DNA of 64,000 bases from Promethearchaeota archaeon (GTDB taxonomy: Archaea; Asgardarchaeota; Lokiarchaeia; Sigyniarchaeales; SOKP01): NCBI GenBank assembly GCA_019058245.1, contig JAHPZJ010000025.1:1-64000 (forward strand), read 5' to 3'. The position numbers were made by a program, and so were the translations under genes. This document shows positions 40,500 to 49,304 of this stretch, piece by piece. The notes under the pieces were generated by a model that was not told the DNA's origin, ran no database searches, and saw nothing but the letters and a program-made list of their open reading frames with translations. Every line of letters begins with the position of its first letter. Within the stretch, counting starts at the first letter, position 1.

Positions 40500-41333
40500 T
40501 CACTCTATAGGAAAAAAATCGGGTAAATCTCCTGGCACTTTCAAATTCCATTTAGGTCTTCTTTTTTGAAGAAAAGACATTATTCCTTCACGTGCATCTG
40601 ATTGCTTTCCTGTCCAGCTTGAATATCTATGATTTATACTCTCCACCTTATCTATATCTGTCTCGGTAAGGAATTGATAAAGCATTCTCTTTGTAAGAGA
40701 TGTACTTACAGGCGCACTTAATAATATCTCATCAGCTATTTCTCGGGCGGTATCCATTAATTTATCATCAGGTACTACTCGACTAACAAGGCCGTACTCT
40801 AAAGATTCTTGAGCATTTAAGATTCTGCCAGTATACATTAATTCAGCAGCACGACTAATTCCAATTATACGAGGTAAAATCCAGGGACATGAAATCTCAG
40901 GTAAATAACCACGTCGATTGAATACAATTCCTAAACGTGCACTCTCGGAAGCAATTCTTATATCAAAAGGTAAAATAAATGTGACACCAATCCCAACAGT
41001 AGGACCATTAATTGCAACTATTACAGGCTTCATCAACGAAAAAAACCGTCTAGTCATACTTCCTTCACGTCTGACCCTTTCATCTCTCTCACGTGACCTA
41101 TTTGAACCATCAAGTGCCGTAGCACCACTCGATAAATCAGCACCAGCACAAAATCCTCTTCCAGCACCAGTTAATATTGTAACCCGTAAATTAGGATCAT
41201 TTTCAACTTTCATAAGTGCATCCCAAACCTCCATCCCCATTTGCCAAGTATAAGCGTTCAAATGTTCTGGTCTGTTTAAAGTGATTGTTGCAACCTCATC
41301 TGAGGATTGGAAAATTATTTGTTCATATTCCAT
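40500..41333 (-). CDS. Enoyl-CoA hydratase/isomerase family protein
   Basis: LNRPEHLNA, FCAGADL, INGPTVGIG. Confidence 0.92.
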   Translation of the reverse strand: MEYEQIIFQSSDEVATITLNRPEHLNAYTWQMGMEVWDALMKVENDPNLRVTILTGAGRGFCAGADLSSGATALDGSNRSRERDERVRREGSMTRRFFSLMKPVIVAINGPTVGIGVTFILPFDIRIASESARLGIVFNRRGYLPEISCPWILPRIIGISRAAELMYTGRILNAQESLEYGLVSRVVPDDKLMDTAREIADEILLSAPVSTSLTKRMLYQFLTETDIDKVESINHRYSSWTGKQSDAREGIMSFLQKRRPKWNLKVPGDLPDFFPIE

Positions 41334-41711
41334 GTTTATAAAAACCTCCTTTTTATCTTTATTTTTTTTAACTAACTAATTTTATTTCCTAAATTATTTA
41401 AAGTTTTAATTCTCATATTGCCCACCCTTTTAAAATAAGTGAAATAAAAAATCTGTGGTAATTATTGTACTAACATTTCTTTACATTATGTTTATTTTTA
41501 TACTATAAATCTTAGATATATCTCCTCTTCTTATCATTAAAAATAAATAGTTCCAAAAAAACCAATATCAATAATACAATTGTAATATCATGGAACTAAA
41601 TATATATCTCAAAATTATTTCATTTAATATTGAATGATATATAATAAATCTGCCCTTTTTTTTCGTTTATCTACTTAATGGAAAGGATTTTTTTACCTTT
41701 ATTTTAGATAA

Positions 41712-41749
41712 TAATTTTTTACCTTTTCGTTGCTAAAGGTAAAAAATTA
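41712..41749. repeat. Perfect inverted repeat, 15-bp arms with 8-bp spacer
   Basis: TAATTTTTTACCTTT-TCGTTGCT-AAAGGTAAAAAATTA. Confidence 0.85.
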
Positions 41750-41926
41750 GTTTCCTCTCTGCAGAGAATCAATTGATCAGTATTATTAAACCAAAAACCT
41801 TAGATCATATTCTTAAATATTGTTAACTCTTATATTAAAATTCAGGAAATCTTTAGAAAGAGGATTTTGGGATATGATAAAATTTGAAGGACACAATATC
41901 TATATATAACGTATATACCTGAATAA

Positions 41927-42030
41927 CGGGCTATAGGGGAATTGAACCCCCGACCTTTCTTTTTAAGGGAGAACTTCCCATAAATGTCAGGTTAAAAGCC
42001 TGCTGCGCTACCTGCCTGCGCCAATAGCCC
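41927..42030 (-). tRNA. tRNA-Lys(UUU) with a 30-nt non-canonical intron (~44/45; about 41956-41985)
   Basis: Acceptor GGGCTAT/ATAGCCC-G, D-stem GCGC/GCGC, anticodon arm CAGG-CTTTTAA-CCTG, T-arm GGGGG-TTCAATT-CCCCT; removing 30 nt gives 74 nt. Confidence 0.88.
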
Positions 42031-42155
42031 ATAAAGATTTTCATTTATAATTAGGTGTGAATTGCATAAGAATAAATCCATTATAATATAAAAATTTTAT
42101 TTAAATGAGTATCTTTCCTTTAAATTTTAAATAGCATATAGAAATATATCAAAAA

Positions 42156-43181
42156 TTAACCCTTTTCTCTAAAGTGTTCGAATCCATGACTCTTAATTTC
42201 TTTTCTCTCACTTTCCTTAATAATAAAGATATTTTCCTCGGAAATAATCTTTCCAATTCTAAAAAGATGCCCATTTTTCGATTGAATTTCGTTTTGAGCC
42301 TTGTTAAGATCTTTAGGATCTAAAGTAAATATATGAATAAATTCTTCACCCCCATTAAGAACTAACTCTTCTAAAGAAACATTGAATTCATTGGAATATT
42401 GAACTGCTTCCTTATCAATTAAATTTTCGTTAAAATCCAGTTCAAATCCTATATTTGGATTTGAAAGCATCAAATCCTCTAATGATTTTGATAATCCATC
42501 AGAAGAATCTATGCTTGAAGTTGCTAAATTTCTTTCTGATAGTATAAAGGCTTCAATTCCAGTGAGCTCAGGTTTTAAAATACTCATTATGGATCTCTTA
42601 TATTTTGGAAAATCATGTAGATCTCCCTTTTTATTTATAAGGATATCGAATCCTACTCCTGTTAAACCAAATTTATTATTAGCTATTAAAATATCTCCAA
42701 CTTTTATTCCTTTTCTGTAAATAATAGAGGAAGGTTTTTTAAAACCAAATACCGTTGGATTTATTATTAATTCTTTAGTTTCATTAAGATCTCCACCAAT
42801 ATAATCCATATCGAATTTCATACAACTATCAATAACGCCATTTAAGACATCTACAAATTCAGTCTTTTTAAGTTCCTTCGGTAAACCAAATGAAATAATT
42901 ATACCTCTAGGTTTTACACCTTTAACTAATAAATCACTGATATTCATTAAAACTGATTTTTTTCCAATTTGATAAGAACTCATTAAAGATGGTACATCTG
43001 TAGTAGATACAAGCATATCAGAATTAAAAATAATATTCCCATCAAATTTTTTTCCTTTAAATTCAAAGAAAAAAGAATCATCCTTTAAAAGTTCTTTTCC
43101 AGTTTTTTTTAAAACTAAATCTTCTATGATTTCTATTAACTTTTTTTCCCCTAAATCCCCTATCTGAAGATTATTTTTCAT
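42156..43181 (-). CDS. thiL: Thiamine-monophosphate kinase
   Basis: LGEKKLI, NISDL, IGGDL, IDSSDGL, GGEEF. Confidence 0.9.
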   Translation of the reverse strand: MKNNLQIGDLGEKKLIEIIEDLVLKKTGKELLKDDSFFFEFKGKKFDGNIIFNSDMLVSTTDVPSLMSSYQIGKKSVLMNISDLLVKGVKPRGIIISFGLPKELKKTEFVDVLNGVIDSCMKFDMDYIGGDLNETKELIINPTVFGFKKPSSIIYRKGIKVGDILIANNKFGLTGVGFDILINKKGDLHDFPKYKRSIMSILKPELTGIEAFILSERNLATSSIDSSDGLSKSLEDLMLSNPNIGFELDFNENLIDKEAVQYSNEFNVSLEELVLNGGEEFIHIFTLDPKDLNKAQNEIQSKNGHLFRIGKIISEENIFIIKESERKEIKSHGFEHFREKG

Positions 43182-43249
43182 TAGATAAAATTTAAAATTT
43201 TATTACTATTATGATTTTTGATTAGAATCGCATTATTAAAAATTTCTTT

Positions 43250-43350
43250 GCCTCTGTGGCTTAGTGGTATAGCAACATTTCATATCATTTCGATAAAAAG
43301 GTTAAAGATTCGTAATCTGTAGATCGGGGGTTCAATTCCCCCCAGAGGCT
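43250..43350 (+). tRNA. tRNA-Thr(CGU) with a 29-nt intron in the anticodon stem (28/29 or 29/30; about 43277-43305)
   Basis: Acceptor GCCTCTG/CAGAGGC-U; splicing restores ACAGA-TTCGTAA-TCTGT; T-arm GGGGG-TTCAATT-CCCCC; mature length 72 nt. Confidence 0.92.
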
Positions 43351-43354
43351 TAAA

Positions 43355-44368
43355 TTATACTTCTTCTGTAAAAACATATCGCTTTATCATTTGCAATGCC
43401 AGCATTTTAAATGCATCATTAATATTTTCTCCTGTTTTAGCAGATGTTTCAATATAGGAAAGATTTAATTTTTCTGCAAGGGATTCTCCTTCATTAGATG
43501 AAACAACACGGTTATCTTCCAAATCTATTTTGTTTCCAACGAGAATAAGTGATATTGATGATGAAGTACTTCTAATTTCTTTAAACCAATTTTCTAAACT
43601 TTCAAATGTATCTTTGCGAGTTACATCATATACTAAAATTCCAGCTTCCGCATTTGAGAGGTAAGTTTGTCTCACACGCTTGAATTGTGCTTGGCCTGCC
43701 AAATCCCAAATAACAAAGCGAACTTTTGATTCTAATCCTTGAAAATCACATTCCTTTTTCATTATAGATGTTCCAATTGTAGATTTGTAGTCAGTTTGAA
43801 ACGAATCTTCAACAAAACGATGAACCATGCTTGTTTTTCCTACTCCTCCTTCACCACCAAGGATGAGTTTAAATGCATATTCTCCTGATTGTACCTTTAT
43901 TTTTTGAAGTGTGTCTAATTTTCTTTCAATATTTTTGGTTTCTTTTTCAGTGACTAATTTTGGTATTACAGGACTCACTGTTCTCCCATCAAATATTCTC
44001 GCAATTTTCTCAGCAGCTAGATAGGCATAAGGAAAAACAGGATCCACCATTGCAACTGATGTTAAGACTGTTACAAAAATCGCTTCGGGTCCAGCTTCGC
44101 AGAAAATGAATCTTTGATCTTCAGTGTCAAAAGTTCCTGTTCCAAAAGAACCTGAACTAAATTCTTCGGTGATTCTAGTTAAAACAGGTTCTACTAAGGC
44201 ACTAACTCCACCTATAACATCTTCCTCTACCTCAGTATCTTCAGCCCCTTTTAAAGCAGACATTACTAAACCTTCTCTATTCACTATAAGAGTAGCGATC
44301 AAATTTTCTCCAATTTCCTGCTTATACCATTTAAGCAATGCTTCAAGTTTTTTTCTATCGACTGACAT
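43355..44368 (-). CDS. Roadblock/LC7 domain fused to a Rab-like GTPase (likely start 44368)
   Basis: N-terminal LIATLIVNREGLV...IFCEAGPEAIFV; C-terminal GEGGVGKT, STIG, WDLAGQ, NKID, ETSAK. Confidence 0.9.
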   Translation of the reverse strand: MSVDRKKLEALLKWYKQEIGENLIATLIVNREGLVMSALKGAEDTEVEEDVIGGVSALVEPVLTRITEEFSSGSFGTGTFDTEDQRFIFCEAGPEAIFVTVLTSVAMVDPVFPYAYLAAEKIARIFDGRTVSPVIPKLVTEKETKNIERKLDTLQKIKVQSGEYAFKLILGGEGGVGKTSMVHRFVEDSFQTDYKSTIGTSIMKKECDFQGLESKVRFVIWDLAGQAQFKRVRQTYLSNAEAGILVYDVTRKDTFESLENWFKEIRSTSSSISLILVGNKIDLEDNRVVSSNEGESLAEKLNLSYIETSAKTGENINDAFKMLALQMIKRYVFTEEV

Positions 44369-44734
44369 GGATTCGATAACCTTTCTTATTTCTATGCAAG
44401 TGTAATACAAAATAACCTAAATATATTTTTATATAATAGGTTTGTTATTAAAATTTATAGAAAAAGATAAGTCTCAAGAAAACACGAATTAAAAGTTCAA
44501 TATGAATTAGGAAATTTAAATCTCTTCTTTTTATAATTAAAATTTTTTTAAGATAAATTTCATTCCAATCTTCTTTCTTATAACGCTATTAAAGACATTG
44601 AATATAATTATATTCCTAAATACTCTTTTTTTTTTAACATACTGAATATTATTCGGTTTAATATCAAAACATTTAAATATTATATCTAATATTATCTAAT
44701 TAGTGAATCTAGTTCGTTTGAAGAGGTTTTAAAT

Positions 44735-44953
44735 ATTTATTTACCCGATATAAAGAATAGCAAAGATGAAGAAGAATCTGTAAAATCTTTCATAGATTTC
44801 AATAAAAAGGATAAAATTTTATATGATAATCTATATATCGGAGTCTTTAAAATAGTTATCAAATTTCCAATAGAAAATAAAGACAAATTTCTAACTCAAA
44901 TTAGAATTGAAAGATTTTCATTAATGAATGATATTTTTTTAACCTCCTATTAA
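44735..44953 (+). CDS. Possible unannotated 72-aa ORF with ATT start
   Basis: Frame open from 44690 to 44953; GAGGT 7 nt before ATT at 44735; TTTAAATA box at ~44672. Confidence 0.4.
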   Translation: MYLPDIKNSKDEEESVKSFIDFNKKDKILYDNLYIGVFKIVIKFPIENKDKFLTQIRIERFSLMNDIFLTSY

Positions 44954-45191
44954 TATTATCATTTTTTCCTTGTTTGAATTATTTCTTAATTTCAACTTGT
45001 ATAATATTCCAGCTGAAAAACAAAAACTTACATATCATTATATCATTATATATTAAATTGATATAATTAGAAAGATTGAATGATACACTCAGGATTTAAA
45101 TGATAGTAAAATTTTAAAATAGTAAAAATTTCTATTTATCAATTAACCTTTCTAATAGAATCATTATAAGAGGGAAATATTAAAGGAACAA

Positions 45192-45398
45192 GCAGGGGTA
45201 GCCAAGATTCTAGAATATATCATCTAGAACTCTACTAGATTGCCTCTATTAGACTAGAATGGAAATTTGGTCTACGGTGCTAGAATATTACGTGATTATA
45301 CGTCTATGGTGAGACTGAGGCTCTAGTGACATAGGTCTTCGTGGGTTCGAAAATCGACGTAAGTTATACGAATTCGATAGAAAATCCCACCTCCTGCA
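45192..45398 (+). tRNA. tRNA-Leu(GAG) with three non-canonical introns: 15/16 (45207-45265), 30/31 (45284-45313), 59/60 (45352-45384)
   Basis: Acceptor GCAGGGG/CTCCTGC-A; removing 59+30+33 nt gives an 85-nt type II cloverleaf with CTAGA-CTGAGGC-TCTAG, variable arm GAC-ATAG-GTC and GTGGG-TTCGAAT-CCCAC; each junction folds as a relaxed BHB. Confidence 0.9.
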
Positions 45399-45544
45399 TC
45401 TAATAATAAATCAGCCATTTAATCAAAATATCTATTTAATTTTTCATTCAAATAAAGTTCAAAATTATTTTCAATTATTAAGTGATAAATGTAATAAATA
45501 TTCGATAGAAAACGTAAATAGGTAATTAAAAATTGGCACTCAAA

Positions 45545-48500
45545 TTAAAAAAAATCAGCTAATTTATGCTGCTTTAATTTAGGATTATTTGTCAAACTTT
45601 CTACATATTCCTCTATTAGTTCCATCCTTTGTTTTGTATAATCATCTAAATTAAAACTTTTGCATAAATCTTTGGCACGAGGTATATATTTTTCAATCCC
45701 TCCACGATTAACTGTTAATATTACTCGATTACCACATTTAGGACATTTTCCCCCATTCGAAATCGGAGGTCGTCTATATTTTTCATTACATTTAACGCAT
45801 CGAAATTTTTGAACTGAGAATTTTCTTAAATTTCCCAGTATATCAGGATTAAAATGAGTGGTTAATATCTTTTCTGCTACATTTTTTGCGTCCACAGCTT
45901 TTATAATTCTTGCTAGGTGAAGTTGAGCATTAATTTTATCATCCATTGTCTCATATGTTTTATAAGCAGAAGTTATTGGTCCCTCATTTATATTATCGGT
46001 AGGTATATTATACCAAATATTTTCATATTGATTGGGTGTTCCTAAATGGCTTTTCACTAACTTCATTAGCTTTTCAATTTCAGAAGGAGAACAGTATCTT
46101 TCTGTAGCCTTATAAAATTCTAATGGATATTTTTGTAAAGTATCTATATTATGTGCTTCGATGTCTATCTCATTAGGGTCAATCTTTGTACCAATTACCA
46201 AAGTAGCATCCATTCTACCACCAATTTTACTTGGAAGATAATGTCTTGAAAAATTCAATAAAGGATCTAAGAGTAGCATTACTCCATCTTCATCACCGTC
46301 GCAATTTCTTCTCTTTGCAGCATGCCAAAAAGGATGGGCATAAATAGATCGAGCTGGGGTAGATCCTATTATTCTACCTATTATTCCCGCACTAGTATGT
46401 GGTGCTAGACCTACAACTAGATGTCCAATTAAATTATCTCTAGCTATTATATTGTAGAAAGGTTCCATATGATAAAATAGTGTTAATTCATCATCCAGAA
46501 AATTAGCTACTTTAACAAAATATTCTGCGCAATCATCGGAAAGGATTATATCTTGTACTTTCAATTCTAAAATCTGATTATCATCTATGAGAGGATTTCC
46601 TTTAATATCATTTCCATATCCTAAATCTTTTAGGGTGTCAATGGACGTTCCGATTTCTTTAGGTGTAAAATGAGTTAAAGGTATATCAGTAGCATCGTAT
46701 CTTATTTCTGCTGTTTTGTAAACTAGTACATCATTTTTTGCCCTTAAAATACCTTTTTCAATAGGCTCAGGAACTTTATACTCATTTGTTAATCCAATTA
46801 TTCCCTTTAATTTCTTGGGTAATTGAATTTTAAGTTTTTCTAAAACTTGACTAATATATTCCTTTATATTAAATTTTGCCTCACTAGATGTTTCCAGCCG
46901 ATTGTTGCATTTTGGACAAGTAATTTCATAAGTAGGGTATAGCGTCTTACAATGTGAACATATTTTTTGTAATTCAGTATGCATTCCACAATTAGGACAA
47001 ATATTAAAAATACTTGATCTTCCACAATTTAAACATTTTTTTCTGCATACATCAATTCTAATTTTACCCGTTTCAAAAACATTTTTTTTACTACTAATAT
47101 TAAACGAATTCTTTTTTTTGGATTCTGTTTCATTATCACCTTTTTTTTTACCAGTGTATTCTATTGCCTTTTCAAATAATCTTGTACTCCCAACAACATT
47201 ACTCAAAGGAAAAAGGGCATGAACACCTTTCATACTTTTTTTCTCTGCCTTTTCAGGTCGTCCCATTCTCGATCCCATAAAATATGGGGCCTTATTTTTA
47301 ATTTTAATCAATGAAATCTTATTAAAATAAGAAAATACATTATCCTCACTTTCTATTTCCTTACATTTTTTATCATTTAAATTAAAAATAGTTTTATATA
47401 TGAAATTCATACTTTCACTAAAAACTATTTTACTATTTTTTATTTTATGAGGAATAAATGCTTTTTCCAGAATTTTTTTAATCGATTCCTCATTTTTTAA
47501 AACAATTAGTTGTTCTGATTCAGAAAAATTCTTTATAAATTCTGTTCGTAATGTAATTAACTCTGTAACTGTCAAATTTCCCCAGAAATCTAGATAAAAA
47601 GGATGTAAGGGAATATCATATTTTTTCGAAATCTGGACAGCTTCTTGCGCTGTAGGAATCACTTTAAAAGGATTTTTAATAAAATTTTTTAACCTCTCAT
47701 CAACATCTCCTTCATTTTTAAGAGAATTTTCCAATTCTAGTGCCCACCATTCTTCAACATACCCAGAAGGTATTAATATATGATTATTTTCGGTAAATTC
47801 TCCATAACCAAATAGTATATCACCTAAAAATAATACTTCTTCAATTTCTGAAAAAAAAGTCTTGGCCTTTTTAACACTTGAGATTTTTATTACATTCCCA
47901 TTTTTCAGTTTTACAATTGGACCAGCAATATTATTAACTGGACATATACTAGTACTTTTACCCGGACGTTCAATTCTCAACTGTGTGCCAATTGCAACAA
48001 AATCATCTAATAATGCCATCGTAGCAGGATGCATTCCGCCTGCAGCTAAACCAGTATTTCTAGATCGCCCATATCTTATCCTATGACCCCCTATTTTTGA
48101 GGGATGACTAAAAACAGGGCGTCCTGCGATAATATCTGCAATATATTTCGAGTTTGGTGTGATTTTTAATTCTATTCGTTCCTCATTTTGCTTTCTTTTT
48201 TCTTTCGGTTCTTGATGTTGAGCAATTTTCTTTAAATCTGCCAACCAATCCCAACCTTCTAAGTTCATAGCTTTAGCTATCTTTAGTAACTTTGGTGCCT
48301 TAAGTAAAATGCCATCATTTAAAACTAAGCAAGCACCACCTCTTATTTTATTTGTTTCAATCCTAGGTAAATCTCTAAAAGCTGAAACCTCTTCATCCTC
48401 AGTTGAATCACCATTTATTTCCACAGGTAAATTGCTGACAGCATATCGAATCTCTTTAGTAGATGAAGGGTATTGCAAATGCACTCTTCTATCATATAAT

Positions 48501-49066
48501 TTTACCTCTTCAACGTATCGACCAATTTCCCCATCAGTTGCTTTATATTTAGGAAGATTTGATTTTTTTCTTACATAATCTGCAATTAATACACATAAAG
48601 CCGTAGTAGTACCTCCTGCAGCTCGAATGGGGCCCGCAAAGTATAATGATAAATATTTTTTTCCTAAATTATCTTCTCGAATTAAAATTTTAGAAATACC
48701 TTCTAGTGGTGCACTTACAACCCCCATAGTTTTAATTGCTAAACCTACTCTAATAGCTCTATCCACTCGCGCCTCTAATGTATCAATACTTCCAATTTTT
48801 CTATCTAAAATATCAGTAACTACTTTAAAAATTAGTTCATCTTCAGTTAAGTCCTTCTTTTTTAACTCCCTTATTAATTCTGCCACTCCTTTTGGCCCTA
48901 CCAATTTCTCTACCCTTCCTGCTAAATCTTTTGCTTGAGGGGATTCCACTTCTAATTCAGGATCTAATCCTTTTTGTCGTGCTCTTTCTGCAATTGAATA
49001 GCACTTATCTACTTGTTTTTGAATTTGATTAAAGTATAATTCCATCGTTTTGCTCATATCATGCAA
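45545..49066 (-). CDS. polC: DNA polymerase D large subunit DP2
   Basis: FAGPIRAAGGT, RYGRSRNTG, HAAKRRNCDGDED, C-terminal PIP box QHKLADFF; no intein. Confidence 0.98.
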   Translation of the reverse strand: MHDMSKTMELYFNQIQKQVDKCYSIAERARQKGLDPELEVESPQAKDLAGRVEKLVGPKGVAELIRELKKKDLTEDELIFKVVTDILDRKIGSIDTLEARVDRAIRVGLAIKTMGVVSAPLEGISKILIREDNLGKKYLSLYFAGPIRAAGGTTTALCVLIADYVRKKSNLPKYKATDGEIGRYVEEVKLYDRRVHLQYPSSTKEIRYAVSNLPVEINGDSTEDEEVSAFRDLPRIETNKIRGGACLVLNDGILLKAPKLLKIAKAMNLEGWDWLADLKKIAQHQEPKEKRKQNEERIELKITPNSKYIADIIAGRPVFSHPSKIGGHRIRYGRSRNTGLAAGGMHPATMALLDDFVAIGTQLRIERPGKSTSICPVNNIAGPIVKLKNGNVIKISSVKKAKTFFSEIEEVLFLGDILFGYGEFTENNHILIPSGYVEEWWALELENSLKNEGDVDERLKNFIKNPFKVIPTAQEAVQISKKYDIPLHPFYLDFWGNLTVTELITLRTEFIKNFSESEQLIVLKNEESIKKILEKAFIPHKIKNSKIVFSESMNFIYKTIFNLNDKKCKEIESEDNVFSYFNKISLIKIKNKAPYFMGSRMGRPEKAEKKSMKGVHALFPLSNVVGSTRLFEKAIEYTGKKKGDNETESKKKNSFNISSKKNVFETGKIRIDVCRKKCLNCGRSSIFNICPNCGMHTELQKICSHCKTLYPTYEITCPKCNNRLETSSEAKFNIKEYISQVLEKLKIQLPKKLKGIIGLTNEYKVPEPIEKGILRAKNDVLVYKTAEIRYDATDIPLTHFTPKEIGTSIDTLKDLGYGNDIKGNPLIDDNQILELKVQDIILSDDCAEYFVKVANFLDDELTLFYHMEPFYNIIARDNLIGHLVVGLAPHTSAGIIGRIIGSTPARSIYAHPFWHAAKRRNCDGDEDGVMLLLDPLLNFSRHYLPSKIGGRMDATLVIGTKIDPNEIDIEAHNIDTLQKYPLEFYKATERYCSPSEIEKLMKLVKSHLGTPNQYENIWYNIPTDNINEGPITSAYKTYETMDDKINAQLHLARIIKAVDAKNVAEKILTTHFNPDILGNLRKFSVQKFRCVKCNEKYRRPPISNGGKCPKCGNRVILTVNRGGIEKYIPRAKDLCKSFNLDDYTKQRMELIEEYVESLTNNPKLKQHKLADFF

Positions 49067-49304
49067 AGAAATTTCACCTTTTGAACTTGAGAAGAATTAA
49101 AATAATGACGCTTTGAGTTAATATACTTATTTTCTGATTAAAATTAAATTGAATTATTAATCAGCTATTTTATTAATAAATTTTAAGAGAATGCTAATTT
49201 TCTACAGTGTCTTCATATAAATAAAAAATGTTTTTTTGTTAATAATAAATGATTTAATTTAATTTTTCAATACTTATTATAATTGCATTTCAGATGGTAG
49301 GATA

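Noticed and set aside
40500-41930. Integrated element at the tRNA-Lys 3' end
   Set aside because: No duplicated tRNA 3' fragment (att site) and no integrase in the window
44865-45018. Two TTCCAnnnGAAA mini-ORB-like motifs (44865, 45007) as a replication origin
   Set aside because: Same orientation, no G-string, one lies inside a plausible ORF, and they are about 7 kb from cdc6; easily chance in AT-rich DNA
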